Source of the DNA: the human T2T-CHM13v2.0 reference genome, Homo sapiens
Assembly: GCF_009914755.1 (NCBI RefSeq)
Contig: NC_060926.1
Strand: one strand, 5' to 3'
Length of the DNA: 64,000 nt
The position numbers and the translations under genes are program-made. The notes beneath the pieces are model-generated. The model was not told the origin of the DNA. It worked only from the letters and a program-made list of their open reading frames with translations, and did not search any database. How positions within the stretch are numbered: the first letter of the stretch is position 1; every line of letters begins with the position of its first letter. Shown here one piece after another: positions 29,575 through 45,059 of the stretch.

Positions 29575-31321
29575 GAGGGTTGAGTGAATGAGCTACCCCA
29601 GCACAGATGGGCACAAGGGCTCAGGGAGGCCTTTGTCAACCTGCGCTTTGGGGTATTCTGCAAGTCCAGCTCCCATGCCCAGCCCAGGAGGGGCTGAGGA
29701 TTAGAAGCCTGAATAGGCGTGATCCTGCCTGGTATATTTCCAAGTGTCCACTCTGACGCTGTTCAATCGGGAAAGCTCCAGCAACTTCCCTCCTCCTTGA
29801 TGGCGCTCAGTGACCATGCAGGGCCTTGGAGCCCTGGAACTTCAGAGCAGGGAAGAGGGGGGCAGCGGCCAGCCTTCATCAAGCCCTGCACTCCACCTGT
29901 GACCAGCACAGCTCCCAGCACATTGCCTTGCTGTCCCCCACGGCCTCCTCCCAGGCTGCTAGGCTGCAACGGGGTGAGGTGAATAGAATGCTTGTCAGTA
30001 CCTGCCTCTGCCCCCACTCAGCCCACTCTGGTGACCAAAGACGCAGTGTCATAGCCTGAGTTACCTTCCTGCAGTCACCCTGTCTGCCTACAGTTTTCAG
30101 GAACTAAAGCACACTCCCACCAAAGCAGTCACGGTGCTAGCTTGCTCCCATGCTAGTTAGACCCCTTGGAGCCCCTACAACTGTCTAGAAGGATGGCACC
30201 TTTTTCTGGGCTCAAATATGGGCAAGGCTGTTGTTAACAAGACAATTGAGGGGTATGTACTGGGAGGCCTTCCCCTACAAGTCCATCCCCAGGAGCCCCT
30301 TCTCTTGCCACTCCGTCCTCCCTCCTCCCATCACCCATCTCCTGCTCCTTCCTTCCTCATGCCCCCACCACCTCCCAGCCTCCCATGGTTCCAGCCTTGG
30401 CCCCTCCTGCTCTCCAGAGTTGCCTTTTCTCTGAGGAGGCTGCAAATAAGCCCAGCCAGGGTCTGGGGCTTGGGCACTGGCCCCCAAAGCCCACCCAGCC
30501 CTGCTAAGAGGAGGGTGGGACGGGCAGGCCATGAGGCCCTGAATCCAGAGCCCAACCCCTTCCCTTTGAGCCTGGCAGGTTCTATGCGCCTGCAGCCCTG
30601 CCCTTGGCCAAAACCAAGGGGTCTGTAGGGACCCCAGCCAAGAATCAGACCAGCAAAAGCACATGGGTTCAGGCCCTTGCTTGTCCTTCTACCCAGAACA
30701 ACTGTCACCTGGTCATGGTCAGGCACTAGCTTTCCCCAGAAAATCATGTAGGAGTGCAGTTGGCCGGCACCCCAGGGATCAGGAAGCTGAGATCAGCGAG
30801 AAGGAGGAGGGTCAGGGGCAAGGAACCCTATCTGGGCAAAAGCCCAGAGCAGGAAGAAGCATCTGCTGGGGGAAACGGAAGCAGCCCAGATGGCCCTGCA
30901 GAATCTTCTCCATGGGTTCCACCTCCAGGGGAAGTCTCTGCAGGCCCCCACCCTCTTCCTGCAAGCTGGTATAAACGCTTTCCCCTTATGATTCCGACAG
31001 GGTCCTCATTCTCTCCTGGGATGCCAGGGAGCTGCCCTCCACCCCAGTTACACGCACCTCACACGGGCCCCCGCAGCCGTGCCTGCAGCAAAGGTCTGGG
31101 CCCTTCTGACCACAGCTCGTGGCCCAGGCGCAGACCCCTGACCCAAGCTGGCCAACTGGATTCTCTCTCCTAGGAATTGGAGACTTGAACCAAGGAGGTG
31201 CCGGCTCTATTCTTTTAGAATGTTGACTCAGAAAGTGATATGAGGAGAAGCTGAGGTCGCCGCATTTGATCCTCTACATATAAAGAGGCAGTGAAAGTCA
31301 GCCTCCAGAGGGAGAAAAAAG

Positions 31322-31505
31322 CAGGCCTGAGAGAGGCGGAGGGGAGACCCTGAGGCCTGAGAGAGAGGAGGAAGGTAGACCAAGAGGCCTGAGAGAGGCG
31401 GAGGGCAGACCATGAGGCCTGAGAGAGGCGGAGGGCAGACCATGAGGCCTGAGAGAGGCAGAGGGGAGACCATGAGGCCTGAGAGGGTGAGAGAGTGAGA
31501 GCAAG

Positions 31506-31561
<56 letters not shown>

Positions 31562-31742
31562 CAGAGAGAGAGAGAGACCTGAGAGAGGCAGAGGGGAGAC
31601 CATGAGGCCTGAGAGACAGGAGGGAGACCATGAGGCCTGAGAGAGGCAGAAGGGAGACCATGAGGCCTGAGAGAGGCAGAGGGGAGACCATGAGGCCTGA
31701 GAGAGAGGAGGGAGACCATGAGGCCTGAGAGAGTGAGAGCAA

Positions 31743-31819
<77 letters not shown>
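31322..31819. repeat. Compound minisatellite (~27-31-bp GAGACCATGAGGCCTGAGAGAGGCAGAGGG units) with two (CA)n(GA)n microsatellites
   Basis: About 9-10 units sharing the core AGGCCTGAGAGA. About (CA)17 at 31508-31541 and (CA)25 at 31745-31794, each followed by (GA)n. Confidence 0.93.
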
Positions 31820-31820
<1 letters not shown>

Positions 31821-33755
31821 TGGTTCTTGCCAGCCCCTGGTTTACACTTTTGTCGATGAGATGCCTCTAAATCCTTACAATCTGACCCCCTTCTTCCCCT
31901 TGCTAGTTTGAGGGGTTTCTCTAACCTTTCTATCAATGAGCCTTGGCTAAGATACACGTGGCCATCTCCCGCCTCTATCTCATTCTAGAACAGCATCTGA
32001 GTGCCAGGTGCTGCCTGAGATGTTGCTTCCTAGAGAAAACACCCTCCATCAGAACGTCCAGCCATTACTTTCGATCATGCAGGGGACTTTAGCCCACTTG
32101 GAGAATAAAATTGGAAACTATCTTCCCTGCAGCCATCTTCTCATCAAAGGGGGACAGGAGACACTATCCTGAGACATCAGTCTGATCTTCCAAGTGTCTG
32201 TTTTCTGCTCCAAAGGAATGTAATTGTAGGGCGTTTATTCCACAAATGTGAATACATTCCAGGAGATGATGGCCTTCCCTTTCGCCCCTCAACAACCATT
32301 TTACAAGGGCCTGTAAGTCTAGGGCTTTGTTGCAGCCAAAAAGAGACATTCCCTTTGTTTGGAGCCCAATTCACAGGGCAGTTGTGGAAGGAGGGTAATG
32401 TGTGTGTGGGAGGAAGAGCGGGATTCTCGGGGGAACCAAAGCGGGGACCTAGAGAAGCCAGCATCATAGCAGTTAATGGGGAGGGGCTGGGCTATTTACT
32501 AAAATATAACAAAATGTAAGCATTTTATTAGCTCTTCATTTTATTAGCTTTTTAAAAAGACCCTTTGCAATGATTTATTAACCACTCTGGAATCTCCCTA
32601 GCCTTTGCTGAGACACCACTGTCATGCATAGGATCTGCCTAGCTAGAGCCCCTTGGGCAGAAAGCATGTGGTCCCAGCCTTCTGAGGACCCTCATCCCCT
32701 CCCACACCCTCACTTGCACCCTCCACTGTCATTGGTCCAGACTGCCTCTGTTCCCCTCCAGCAAATGTTTATTCCTGCCCTGGGCCTTTGCCCAGATAGG
32801 CTTCCCCACCCCTGACTCTTTCCTCTGCTGATCACAGCCTCCTGATACCTGCGGTGCCGGCCAATCTACCCTCCTCCGTGCGGGCCACCCCTTACCTCCC
32901 AGGCTCAGGCCACACTGCCTTCTCCTTCCTCTGAATGCCTGCGGCCTTCCTTGTCACAATGGCTCCTCTGTGCACCTGGTGCAATGATTTGGCAGCTTCC
33001 TGAAACTACAGCTCGTCTTCCTGTTGGAACTGCCATCCACGTGAGGGCAGCCCCTTAGCTTCAAACACAGGGCAACTGGCAGGAGATCCTTGGCACAGCT
33101 TGTATGGCCTTCCCCCAGCCGGCACTATCCCACACTCCATTTCCGGCACAACCCTCCCCAAACTCAGTCACGTGCCTCATTCATCTTTGTTTCAAGACTC
33201 CACTCTCCAACCCCAGCTCAGCACCTTGCACATCGCAGATACTCAAAATGTTGTTGACTTGAAAACACAAATATTCATCAGGTTGAATCAATATTGTTCT
33301 TTTCAGGGGATTCAAAGAGAGAAAGAACCAGTTTTGGGGATGCTGTGACGCTCAGCTTGGCCTCTGATTAATGCTGACCGCCCACGGAAGTCTTCAAGAA
33401 GGCCATGAGGCCTTATAACCCTGATGCAGTTGAGTTCCAGCTAGAGAGAACAAGGCCACACAGAGCAGAGACCAGACATCTCAGGGCCTGTCTGAGAGCA
33501 GCCCGGGGCACAGTCTGTCCGAATCTGCTCTTTGGTAATAAGCATAGTGAACACATAATTTATTGCTCAGACCAGGACACTTTTGAGAGAGAACTGGTAA
33601 TTATGCTGGGACTATCCCAGATAAGCAAGCAGGACAGTCACCTCAAGCAATCAATCATGTTCTGTGGCCAGACCCCTCCAAGGAATAGACAAAATACAGT
33701 TTTCTAAACATGAGAACGTACTAAACCTCAAAGTAGAGCTTGGTGCCAAGATCAC

Positions 33756-33761
33756 TTTATT
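33756..33761 (-). terminator. STPG4: AATAAA overlapping the STPG4 stop codon
   Basis: The minus strand reads AAA TAA A. Downstream is GT/T-rich (tttgaggtttagtacgtt...tgtattttgtc). Confidence 0.6.
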
Positions 33762-33879
33762 TTAAAAGCCAATTGTTGTTGTTGAAGAAAAGGCTATGCT
33801 CTTGGCCCATTTTGGCTATGGTCGGAGACTGCTTAGGGAATTGTCTTAAAGTTGTATATGCTCCTGGGCCTGGGGTTTT
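33757..33879 (-). CDS. STPG4: STPG4 (C2orf61, sperm-tail PG-rich repeat protein 4) last coding exon
   Basis: Minus-strand acceptor tgttttctgctctgttttcAG. The 123 nt read [40 protein letters not shown], in phase 0. PGPGAY is the SHIPPO/STPG repeat motif. Confidence 0.88.
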   Translation of the reverse strand, partial: KTPGPGAYTTLRQFPKQSPTIAKMGQEHSLFFNNNNWLLK

Positions 33880-34483
33880 CTGAAAACAGAGCAGAAAACA
33901 GGGACTGATGAGACAGTGAAACCAAAACCCTGAGGCTCCTGTGCCTAGCCACTGGCTTGGATGTGGTGGACAAATTCCCCAAGGATGAAGACCAGGGCCA
34001 CACCAGCCTGGGCTGAAGCCTGGCAGACCCTCGAATTGGAGCATGTCCTTGGAGCAGAGGCTGCTCCTGTTAGGGGCTCATCATGAGGCTGGAGGGGGGC
34101 TGACAGGCCAGGCCAAGCCAGGGGCCACCTAGAACCTGCTGGGAGAGGCGGGGTCACATGCCACCTGCATCTCAAGGCACACCTTCTCCCAAAGGGCACT
34201 TGGCCCAGGCAACTCCTATCCCGAGGAATGCCATCATCTTTCCCCCGGTGACCTCAGCCTAGCAAGAAGTGAGTGAAGAGAATTAATTCTGAACCTGATT
34301 GGTCTAACTCAAAAGCCCAAATCGCCTCTCAAACTCGGGTTGGGTTTTAGTTATTGACCCAGAGTTATTAAAGTAAGGTGTTTCTCAACCAGGGTCCATG
34401 GACCCCAGGGTCAGAAGTGTTCTCAAGGGATCCACGAGTTCTAATTTTTAAAAGTCATGTTTTTGTTTTTATAAAATGCTTGA

Positions 34484-35047
<564 letters not shown>

Positions 35048-37019
35048 TAAATGCCATTTTCATAGACTAAGACTTCAATTTCTTAGGTCGGTGTCTTCCC
35101 ATGCTGGTGGCACATGCACATATTCTTGAAGTCCGAAGGCATTTGAGACACCAGTGTAATGGTTAAGATCAAGGGTTTTAGAGTCCAACAAGCCTGAGTT
35201 CCAGTCCTAGTCCCACAACCAACAGCTCAGTGGGAGCCTGGGCATGGGCTTCCCATACCTTACCCATCAAACGGGGCAGAGTACCTGCCTCTAGGGGGCT
35301 ATGAGGCTCACTGGTGTCTCTCTAAGACAAAGAGGCTTGGACAGGCCAGCAGTTAGCTACCACCACTATTATTTTTTACTATTATCACCTACTTGTCATT
35401 TCCACCCTGCCCTGCAGTTTCTTATCTCTTCAGGAAACAGCAAGAGTGGAGCAGAGCAGTCAGTCCAGAGCACATGAGATCAGCTGCCTGCAGAAACCGC
35501 TTTAAATGACAGGATGTTTCCCTTGCCAAAAGCAGAGGAGCAGCCTGGAAATCTAATCAAGTCCTGGCCAAACGTCAAAGGAAGCTGAAGCCTTTATTAT
35601 TGCTATTAATGAGGGTTCAAAGTGCATGTGGAGTCCTGGGAGGCCAGGGCAGAGAAAAGAAGGTTCAGGGGGCCTGCATCTCACAAGGCCACCCCTCGGG
35701 AGGCTGCTGGTTGGGGTTCAGCCACCTTGAGAACATCAAGCTCAGTTCCCCTCCCCTGATTTCACTGCCACCAACAACCTTCTGGTTGTCTTCAGCTTCC
35801 ATGAAAATTTTCTATAAGGGAGAGACTCCACCAATCAGTGCTCCAGTCACCACGCCCGTATGGTGAATGCTTAGAAGTTAACACTACATCTTCTGTTGCC
35901 TGGGAGTTTGGTTAGCATGACTCAGCGTTCCTGAGAATGCCTGACCCCGTGGGCTCCGACAAACATGTTTCTGGATCATGGTGATGCCACTAAGGTGTGT
36001 GGATCCCCCAGCCTCCTGCTGTCAGTCTGTCTGCAATTTCACTGGCAGGGCCTCCCCATTATCACTCTAGATAAAGGCTGTGCTACCTTACTCTGCTGCC
36101 CAGCAGCTCTGGGGCAGAGATTCTGCAGGCCATGGCCTGGGATATAGGCTAAGGAGGGCTACGGGAGGTGATTTGCAGCCCAGGCAGTGGCAGTACTAGT
36201 CCTCTCCTACCCACCGCTCCAACTTCTCCTCCTAGCCCCTTGACTCCCCTGGGTGGGCCCATTTTCTTACAGGCAGAATTTGTATTTCTGTTTCCCCAGC
36301 CATCTCAAATGAGTCTACATACCAGCAAGTCTTGGGGACTTTCAGACCGCGTTGCAGACTGAAAGCAACAAAGCTATGGGAATTAAAACTGTCTTTTGAC
36401 ATTAAAAAAAAAAAAATCCACTGTTGGTAAACTTCACATTATGCTTTTATAATCTTTCCTGGTCTTCTCTAGGTTTGGAGGAGTCCTGTATGCTCCCAGG
36501 ATCCACGTTCTTTGTATCTCTCCATGGACTTGAGCCTCTTCCCTGTCTGTCCTGAGTTTTTGGGGGTGGGGTGATCGCTAATGCCTTAATGGTCCCATTT
36601 GGGTCAATAAAAATGTTTCTGCTTCAAATTTTGCTTCCTTGGGCTCCCAGAAGCCACACACACAGAGAACAGCCATTCTGGCTGGCAGGAGGCAGCCACT
36701 GCAGGTACCCCCAACAAAGCATCTAGTTGGTAACATTGATGGCTGATTAATGTGCTGCTTCCAACTGGCCCCATAATTCAGCCACAGATTTTGGGCCTGG
36801 AGTCACTCTGAACCTGAAGTTGGTTGAGAACATCCAGGTATTTGAGGATTTCACTCCTGATTGCCTTGACAGGCAACTGTATCTACCAGAACTGTACACA
36901 CATGATCATTCCCCCATCTCACCACCACCCCGCACCTCCTACACACATAGAAACAGAAAACCTACCACCATAACCATACCCCTAGGGGTGGGGGGCGATC
37001 TGTCTTTCCGAATACTTAC

Positions 37020-37124
37020 TGAACAGCTGGGCAAGAATCGAGGGACTCTGGATTGAAAACAAGAAGTGACAGAGCTTGTTGGAGGCATTTTCACATTATA
37101 ATGACCTGGACCAGGGCCTTCATG
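37020..37124 (-). CDS. STPG4: STPG4 penultimate coding exon (not in the supplied ORF track)
   Basis: Minus-strand acceptor aatgttcaatAG and donor TCA|GTAAGT. The 105 nt read [35 protein letters not shown], in phase 0 at both ends, and join the last exon in frame. Contains PGPGHY and FQSRVPRF, typical of STPG repeats. Confidence 0.88.
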
Positions 37125-37844
37125 CTATTGAACATTTAAAAAATTGCTTCATTATTATTGTACATTTGATATATTTTAAGGCTTTATTTGCCTTCTACAA
37201 ATAAACATATGAATCACTGTGATATAGTAGAAAAATCCCATATTTGGTCTCGAGAGATCTCTTTAAGGTGTGAGCTGGGACAAGTCATTGTGAAACGGGA
37301 GTAACTCCTGCCTCACCTTCCTTGTGCACGATGGTGAGGAGTGAAGGAACGTTAGGTGAGCAGTACCTGCCTCCCTTCTCCCTGCCAGGGTCCCTGATGC
37401 CCCCAGGCTCCCAGCCCACACTCAGGTCCCCCGTTCCCTCACAGCAGCATGCATGCCTCATGCCGTACTTCTCCCTCTGACTGTTAAAGGTGACTTGCTG
37501 CTCCAAGCTGTTAGCTTTATAAAAATGCTTATTCTTTCATATAAATGTCATATATGTTATCTTAGTCCAAAAAAGTATTCATAGCAATTCACTGATATAA
37601 GCACAATGCTATGAGATAAACATAAATAGGTGAACACAATTTTAAAAAGAATCACTCCAGTAGGAAAATTAGCAACAGGCCATTCATGAAGAGGATATAC
37701 AAACGTTCAATGAGCAAACTTTGAGGAAGGAGGGCTTTAACCTCATTTATAACCAAATACATTCTAATTTAAAAAACAAACTTCCTTTTTTTCCCACGGG
37801 GTGAGGGGAAGGGGGTTCTAAAAATTAAAACAGGTTAAGAAAGA

Positions 37845-37950
37845 ACAGAGAGAGGAAGGAAGAAAGGGAGGGAGAAAAGGAAGGAAAGAAGGAAGGGAAG
37901 GGAGGGAGGGAGGGAGGGAGGGGAAGGAAGGAGAGAGGGAAAGAAGGAAG
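37845..37950. repeat. (GGAA)n/(GGGA)n purine tract within old L1-like sequence
   Basis: Pure purine low-complexity run. Confidence 0.85.
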
Positions 37951-38854
37951 CCAAAGCTTTAACAACAAGCACAAGCACTCCTTATGATGCTGGCAGAAGC
38001 ATAAATTCGCTCAGCCTTTCCAGAGTGCAATCTGGCAAGATATGAAACAGCTTAAAACATATATGCCTATCCAGAGAGGGAGAAAGAAGAAAGGAGAGTG
38101 GTTATTGGTTGTTGCAGGAAACCAGGAGACAAATGATGAGTCTTCAGCCTAGAATGTGGCAGGGAAAATGGGAATAGCCCAAACACCACACTGGATAATG
38201 CTAACATGATGTTCATCTTTTTTTTCCCCTAGTAATTCGCTTTTTTCCCCCCTCCATTTTCAAATAGCTAGGGTTCCTTGCCTCAGGAGTGGGACAGGGC
38301 AAAAAACAGAAATAAGTGTTTTTCTAGCATGATGTCTTAGATCTGTTTCTAAATAATGCAGGAGTTAGGGGAAGTGGGTGGGAGTATTAACCCAAAACAC
38401 TGGCCTAAAATTGAACATTGTTGAATTGTTGACTAGGTATATGAGGTTTCAATACAGTATTCTAAGTTGTATACGTTTTTCAAGTTTTCACAAAACGGAG
38501 TTTAAGATGACATATATTTATTATTTTGACCCAGCAATTCCAGTTTTAGGCATTCACCCTAAGAAAACAATTGAGAATGTGTGCAAATATTTAGCCACGA
38601 AGACTGTAACATTGTTTCCAAAAGTGAAAACTGGGAAATAAACTAAATAATGGATGATATGTGCCTGGTTCAATAAATTACAACGCTTCCATCCAGCAGT
38701 CCAGTGTTGATGAGTTTTTACAGACGTAACAACTACTCCCAAATGTCATTAAGTCAAAAATGCAAGCTGAACAAATGTGCATTAAAAAAACTTGGAATGA
38801 AATTATCTCAGAGTGTTCATAAACAGTAGTTTTCTTGGGGTAGTGGTGTGTTGA

Positions 38855-39217
<363 letters not shown>

Positions 39218-39307
39218 GCATTTTCTAATTTTTCTACAATGAACACAAGTACTCCTAAAACAAGAAAAAAAGATACTTAATGTATAGATAAATGACTATG
39301 GAAATTA

Positions 39308-39762
<455 letters not shown>

Positions 39763-39887
39763 GCCAGCAGTAAGGTCATAATAGGGACATGTATCTGTAA
39801 GATCCTTATAATAGGTAAGGCTGGCCACAAATGAGCACCACAGTTTTCGCAGAAGAAGCACTGCACTGCAGACCCTCCACGGTTCTG

Positions 39888-40177
<290 letters not shown>

Positions 40178-42229
40178 CTTCCACAGGATTTAAAGCAAGG
40201 CTTTCCCATTCTCTCTGGCAGGTGGCACAGCCATGTAATCGGGGCTGCCATTCTCAATTACTCCACCATGAATGGAGTCTGTTATTATCAGCCAAGCACA
40301 CATCTGATAATCAAGGGATAGATGCCCCTCATCATTTTTACAACTCATGGCAGAGAGATGAAAACAGTCATGTTTTCAAACTGATGTATACGTGTGACAG
40401 AGGTTGCTGTCAGGGTGAGGCTCTCTGTGTAGTGTGAATTCTGTACTCACATTGAAGAAATCTAAGCCCTAATAAACACAAAGAAGCAAAACGCCAAGAA
40501 AATCTGCACAGGAACAGTTTGTGCAGGAGCCTCTCAGTTTGGCCATAAAGATGCAGTGCTCTGAAGCCAGATGAGTAGCTGGGGCAAGAGATGATGCTGA
40601 GTGTGCGACCATTGATTCCACACCTATGATGGCCATCTGCAGAATGGCTAAGGAGCGACCTGCCCCTTTTCCCCAGGCCTAATGCGGCTTTGCTTTCTAA
40701 AGCTTCCTGGTCTCAAGCTGCCTGGGAGTCCAGGCATGAAGGCTGATGAAGCATGATGCATGGCCATCCCATCCAGCAGTTTCCTTGCATGGACTTGGTC
40801 ATCTGAATCAAAGGGACTAAGATGTGCTGCAGAAAGAAGTTACTGAACGCTATTCCACATGTGGCAGATGGGATCTTTAAGAGGGAGCACTGAGGAAGTG
40901 GATATAAGCCCAAGTTCATATTCCAAAGCCACAGGCATGCTGCGGCAAAGCCGTGACTATTCTGAGACTGCTCATGGCCGGGCCCTGCAATGGCCGGGCA
41001 ACAGCTCTAGCAGAGTCCCCACTGCTGCCCCATCCGAGGACGGCTTGAGTGGACAGATGGCTCGGGATGTGCCATTTCTGAACCCAGTTCAATAGGAGGG
41101 TGTTTAAAACAAGAGGGACATTTGAACCATGTTCTCCTCTTCCTTAAAGCTGAGCACTCTGCTCTCTCCTTTACTGGGGATCCTCAAGTGTGATCTAGAC
41201 CTTGGGTCTCACATTGTGTATGATACGTGTGCAGAGGGAGGCCTCGGATTCACCAAGCAGCACTAAGCATCTCTTCCACAAATCAAATGGGCCATTTCTT
41301 AAACCTTGCTTTTGTCAGGGTCATGCTTTGGCAACTGTGGGTTTACCAAAGCTAAACCTTTCAAAGACCACTGACAAAAATTCTGTCTCCAGGGGAGAAC
41401 AGAATAGTCACCTTCCTGGAGTCCTAGAACTTGATGTCAAAAGAAACAACAGGGAACCTTTACAGTATCTATTCCTCAGCTCTGGTACATGATTACATCT
41501 CAACCCTCCTGATGAGAATATCATTCTCTTCCCTTTGAAGAAGCCCTATTTAATTGTGCTTTTATTTGAGGGCAACTTTAACCAACGGGAGCTGTAAGGA
41601 TTATTACACAGATGAATAAAATACTCTCTTTGGCCTCTGGGGAGTTTGGAGTCCAGTGAGGGATATAGGCAGAACCAAACAGAAACACCACAAAAGAATA
41701 AACGGAGATAGGAGGGGCTGGGGTGGTGCTGAGCAAGAGCTGAGCTATCTGCCTGGCTTTCAGATGCCAAACCAGGCTCTGGTGTAACAGGGCTGTCTTG
41801 TTAAGTGTGATCCCAGTGGGTTACGGGATGTCGCCAAGGCCAGGAGCTTTCATCTTGCTGCAAAAGACTCAGACTTTCCTGGAGAGCTCCTAGGTCTCTG
41901 TCATACCGCGAAGAAGCCTGGCTTATTGGTTCCAACTTCTGATGGGTCATAATGCTGTATAACATTACAGGCCTTTGGTAAGCCTGACATTTCCTGCCTG
42001 CACACACTCCTCCCCAGGGCTGGGAGGCTGGGACTGGTTAATCTGTATCATCAATACACTCCTCCGGAGTGAAGACGTGTATCACTCTGGGGCAGCCCAG
42101 GGCAGCCAAATGCCAGATGCCTCCTAGAGAACGTGAGAGTAGATGAAACTGTCCCAAGTTGTTAGGCATCGAATTCTATACCCCCCAATCATAAGTCCTG
42201 TGAATTTCCATTGTGTTGACATGGCTTCC

Positions 42230-42685
42230 ATGCTGAATACTGTCTCTCCCCAGTTTTTAAGGTCTTATGAATTTGGAATTCCCGGTACCTCAGTATGGGA
42301 CCTGATTTGGAAATAGGGTTGTTGCAGATGTAATTATTTAAGCTGCAGTCATTAGGGTGGGGCCTCGTCCAACATGGCTGGTGTCCTTTATTAAAAGGGG
42401 AAATTTGGATACAGAGACATGCTCACAGGGAAAACACCATGTGAAAACAAAGGCATGGAACTCTAAACCGAGGAAGACCAAGGAATGCCAGCAAGCCACC
42501 ACGAGCTGCGAATGAGGCATGAACAGATTGTCCCTCACAGCACTCAGAAGGAACCCACACTGCCAACACCTTGGGCTGGGACTTCCAGTCTCCAGAACTG
42601 TGAGACAACACATTTTTGTTGTACTGGGCACAACAAATACCCAGTCTGTGGTACTTTGTTATGGCAGCCCTAGCACATGAATACA
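42230..42685 (+). mobile_element. MLT1-type MaLR LTR
   Basis: Motifs TTTGGAAATAGGGT..TTGCAGATGTAATTA, CCAAGGAATGCCAG, CTCCAGAACTGTGAGA and TTTGTTATGGCAGCCCTAG; ends AATACA. Confidence 0.75.
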
Positions 42686-44449
42686 TCAGTGTTCAGCTCA
42701 TGTCTTTATTCAGCCAATATACATTGTTCCAGGCCGTGGGCTGGAAGCTGGGAATACAGTGATATATGACTGTCTCCTAACAGCTGCTCTCTCTTCATTT
42801 CTTAGTGTTAGAACAATTTTTAACTGGGCTCATGTCTACCCAGAATAAGGATTCACTTTCCCAGCCTCCCTGGCAGCTAGGTGTGGCTGCAGGACTAATC
42901 CTGCGCCAACAGGATGGAGGTGGCAAAGGTGCATGCAAATTCCAAGGGGAAGCCTTCAGGAGAGGGCATATTGTGTTTCTTCCCCACGCTCCTTCCTGCC
43001 CACTGGGCCCCTGTTCCCTACTCTCTGGGACCATGAGGATGGAAGCCATGCTCAGCAGAACAGCCCATAGGAGGAGTCTGATGCAGTAGAGTTACCACAC
43101 CAGCCCTAAACTGCCGACTGCAGAGACTGTATACAAGAGAGAAATCAATTCCTATCTTGCTTATAACATTGTTATTTAAGGTCTGTGTTACTGGCAGCAG
43201 AACTTAGTCCTCATCGACCAAGTAGGCGTGGATTTCCTATGCTCATCAGCCTCACATCCTAGCAAGGAAGGCATACCTTACCAAAAATAAATAAATCAAT
43301 CAATCACAGTGTGGGGAGTATCACACAAAGGGATGTATAGGATGCTATGGAGAGCACCTCAGAGAGTAAACCCATCTGGTCCAAGGGGTCCGAGACGCCT
43401 CTCAAGGAAGTACATTTGAGGCTGGTGGAAGGGTTTGTGGGAAGCTGTGTTGGGAAAGCTAGGCCAAAATGGGCAGGGCCTCGAGGACAAGCCTAGAGAG
43501 AAGGATGTTATTCACTTTAACCTTGCTGGGACAAATTCACTGCATTGCAAAAACAAAATAAAAAGTGTTAACTGGACTGTGCTGATTTAATTAGTAGAAA
43601 AGACCAAAGAACAGATGATTAGTGGTCGCCGAGATATCTTCATCTGTGTGCAAGTTAACAGTAGGAATTCTCTTCCATTCAACTTTCTGAACCATGAATG
43701 TCCCAGGGGGTTAGGGACTGCTGCTGGGTTGAATGTGTCAAACCTCATTAAAACCAAGCTTAAAAAGTCAAATCCACAAATATTCACTGAAACCTGCTGT
43801 GAGCAAGGTATTTAGGCCAGAGATTCTGGCAGATGTTAAAGACATTTCGTCTAGGATCATTGACTTCAGGGTGCCTACAATCTAGTTGTGAAGACAAGGA
43901 CAAAAATCTAGTGAAAATCCCAATATACGAATTAAGGAACCACCACCACCACAGCAACCAAAAAGCAAACTGTCACAGAATAGAATTCAATATGAAATGA
44001 GTGAGTATACCAACTCGGAGGGCTTATGATGAGTTCACAGTGAGGGGAGGCCACGGGGAGAGGCAAGTGATATGAGGAAGCTCCAGGGAAGAGGCATCTG
44101 GAGTAACCCCTTGAAGATAGGGAGGACACAGGTGGACAGGGAGGGAGGGATATGAGGGGCAAAGGCACGGAGCAAGCAGGTAGAGACTGGCGGAGTGCAC
44201 TCAGATTCATGTGCAAAAGGGATTTTTAATCATTACTATGTTACAAAATTTAATTTTAAGTTGTTAAGACAAATGAGATCATGTAAACTCATGAGGAAAA
44301 TAAACCATAGAGCAAATCCTTTAATATGAGATATGACTCAATCTTACTCCATAGTAACCAACTTGAATTTGCTAAACTTACTTTAAAAAAATCATCCTTC
44401 CCCAGAAAGCGCACACGTTCTATTTCCCAGGTGAAGAATCTCTGTGCTC

Positions 44450-44853
44450 TGCTATGGTCTGGATGCTGATGTCCCCCCAAAATTCGTATGTTGGAACCTA
44501 ATGGCCCCTGTGATAGTGTTAAGATGTGGGGCCTTTGGGAGGTGATTATGTCATTAGGGCTTCTTCCTCAGGGATGGGACTCCTGCGCTTATAAAAGAGG
44601 CCTGAGGAAGCTTGTCTGCCTTCCTCAGACAGGAAGGATGCTGCTTTCTAGCTGCATCCTCTTATGGTGGAAGCTTCTGCCCTTCGCCACGTGCAGATAC
44701 AGCTAGAAGCACCATCTATGAGGAAGGGGCCCTCATCAGACACCAACCTTGATCTTGGACTTCCTGGCCTCCAGAACTGTGAACAATACATTTCTATGGT
44801 TTATAAATTACCCAGTCTAAGGTATTTTGTTACAGCAGCAGGAATGGACTAAG
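44450..44853 (+). mobile_element. MST/MLT1A-type MaLR LTR
   Basis: TGCTATGG start and ATAAATTACCCAGTCTAAGGTATTTTGTTACAGCAGCA end. Confidence 0.75.
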
Positions 44854-44882
44854 TGGACCAAGAAACATGTGGTGTGTATTCA

Positions 44883-45059
<177 letters not shown>

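Noticed and set aside
31215-31957. Three long minus-strand ORFs with CVCVCV and SLSLSL runs
   Set aside because: Translations of the (CA)n/(GA)n and minisatellite repeats; no coding signature.
33880-34044. N-terminal part of the 95-aa minus ORF
   Set aside because: Intronic sequence upstream of the STPG4 acceptor; only 33879-33757 is exon.
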